This document shows positions 62,771 through 64,000 of a stretch of 64,000 nt of DNA, one piece after another. Numbering within the stretch: the first letter of the stretch is position 1; every line of letters starts with the position of its first letter. The notes under the pieces are model-generated. The model made no database searches. It was not told the DNA's origin and worked only from the letters and a program-made list of their open reading frames with translations. The position numbers and the translations under genes were made by a program. Origin of the DNA: Candidatus Brockarchaeota archaeon (GTDB taxonomy: Archaea; Thermoproteota; EX4484-205; JAAOZO01); NCBI GenBank assembly GCA_017601145.1, contig JAFNIV010000004.1, forward strand, positions 16,743 to 80,742, in the 5' to 3' direction.

Positions 62771-64000
62771 TAAAAATCCCTTGTAAAGGAATCTACTTCA
62801 TCTTTAGTAAAAACTCCTCTTGTAACCCAATCAGCCCTTCTTGAATCCTGCCATATGTTTTCTTCTCCTTCGTAAAGACCAAGCTTAGAATCTTTCTTCT
62901 TAACTTTTCTTGCAATTGGCCTAAAGTATCCGATTACTCTCGAATAAATTGTAGTGTTTTCGCTTTTGCAATTTGGACAAACTAAATGCTCTCCTACAAA
63001 CTTGTGCTTGCAGTCGTTACATACTGTTAAAGTTGGAGTTAGTGTCATGTACTTTACTGGATAGTTTGAGAATATTGACCTAACTAATTTTTTCTTTGCT
63101 TCTGTATTGAGTTTTTCTCCCAAGAAAAGATGAAGAACTGACCCACCTGTAGCATAGTTTTGCGTATGAGCTGAAGCATAAACAAGCTTTGAAATACTTT
63201 TACAACTAAATGGGGGTTGAAAGCCCGAAGTCAGTATTGGGCGGTCTTCTGAGGCTGAAATAAACATTTTTGGAATATCTGTCCACTTCTTTATTTTTTC
63301 TTCAATTATGTCTCTAAACATCCTAAATTCATTATTTCCTGAAGACAAACTCCTAACAAATTCTAGGTCTTTCCTTGCCAAGTAACCTGCTGCAGTTTCC
63401 ATTGGAGCGTATTCAAAGTTCCAAGCAACTCCATCTTCATTTTGAAATTCCTTTAGTTTATCTAGTATATGCCCTGCAACTTTTCTAGAAACTTTTAGAC
63501 CTTCTTCACCTAAAATTCCGTCTTTTATTCCAAAGTTTACAAGGCCTTCGTGTCCTCCACCAAGCGAAATCGTATTGAAATAAGTTTGCAGCGACTTATC
63601 AACATAGTAAAAGAAAGTTGGATAAAGATCTTTATTTTCTAGGATAAACTCTCTTTTCTTGTTTAATGTACTTCTTGCATAGTTAAGCAACAAGTCAAGG
63701 TGATCAAGCAAAGAGTTTAGGTCACCTCTATGCAAGTAAGCAAGCCTGTTAAAGTTCAACGAAATAACTCCAACAGAACCAACTCCAGAAACATTGCCAA
63801 ATATTGAGCCAGTATGTGGAACCTTGGTTAGCTCTTTTAAGTCGACTTGAAACCTGCAACAAAAAGACCTTTGAAGTTTTGGGTCTCTTATCTCTAAGTT
63901 ATCAACTTTTGATTTCCACCTTTCGTCGTTAAATGGCTTGCTCATATAGTTTTCTAAGTATATTCCACCAAAGCTATCCATAAGTTCAAGTAATTTGTTG
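62770..64000 (-). CDS. nrdD: anaerobic ribonucleoside-triphosphate reductase, class III (N-terminus beyond the window)
   Basis: C-terminal Zn ribbon CNDCKHKF...CPNCKS followed by the glycyl-radical motif RVIGYFRP. The frame stays open upstream of the track's Met to the window edge (...NKLLELMDSFGG). Confidence 0.85.
   Translation of the reverse strand, partial: NKLLELMDSFGGIYLENYMSKPFNDERWKSKVDNLEIRDPKLQRSFCCRFQVDLKELTKVPHTGSIFGNVSGVGSVGVISLNFNRLAYLHRGDLNSLLDHLDLLLNYARSTLNKKREFILENKDLYPTFFYYVDKSLQTYFNTISLGGGHEGLVNFGIKDGILGEEGLKVSRKVAGHILDKLKEFQNEDGVAWNFEYAPMETAAGYLARKDLEFVRSLSSGNNEFRMFRDIIEEKIKKWTDIPKMFISASEDRPILTSGFQPPFSCKSISKLVYASAHTQNYATGGSVLHLFLGEKLNTEAKKKLVRSIFSNYPVKYMTLTPTLTVCNDCKHKFVGEHLVCPNCKSENTTIYSRVIGYFRPIARKVKKKDSKLGLYEGEENIWQDSRRADWVTRGVFTKDEVDSFTRDF

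Noticed and set aside
1-64000. CRISPR arrays, rRNA and tRNA genes.
   Set aside because: I saw no regularly spaced 24-40 nt repeats anywhere. No GC-rich block of tRNA or rRNA size has acceptor/T-arm (GTTCRAATC) features. The string tagctcagt at about 22091 mimics a D-loop but is embedded in AT-rich sequence without matching stems.

Overview
This is a visibly AT-rich (roughly one-third G+C by eye), densely coding stretch of archaeal chromosome. I support about 55 protein genes. I found no rRNA, tRNA or CRISPR array. Archaeal housekeeping markers include ThrRS with the archaeal N-terminal editing domain, r-protein L13e, pyruvoyl arginine decarboxylase PdaD, an AEP primase subunit, Lhr-type and Hef-type helicases, AlaX, fused GuaA, GuaB, and NrdD/NrdG. 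L13e and the gene mix suggest a TACK/Thermoproteota-like anaerobic heterotroph, but lineage cannot be fixed from this window. Much of the window is sugar or sugar-acid catabolism: a rhamnulokinase-like FGGY kinase, GH4, PfkB kinases, Gfo/Idh/MocA dehydrogenases, xylose-isomerase-fold TIM barrels, an enolase-superfamily enzyme and a C-N hydrolase. The most interesting part is 7.0-14.5 kb. It holds a corrinoid methyl-transfer island with a clear MtaC-MtaB (methanol:corrinoid methyltransferase) pair and a RACo-type 2Fe-2S/ASKHA reductive activase. It also holds a UroD-family MtaA-like protein that lacks the zinc-thiolate ligands, a MetE-core protein with an intact zinc site, and a thymidylate-synthase-family gene. 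There are no methanogenesis genes anywhere in the 64 kb. Other notable items are an adenine-deaminase homolog with every metal/catalytic ligand replaced, and a nuclease-less Hef-like helicase. Two heavily decayed TnpB-type IS remnants are present, and one appears to have split a secreted-protein gene. There is also an aldo-keto-reductase pseudogene, an unexplained GC-rich island at about 54.5-54.8 kb, and several structured intergenic elements. All functional calls rest on motif and family recognition by eye. No database search was run.
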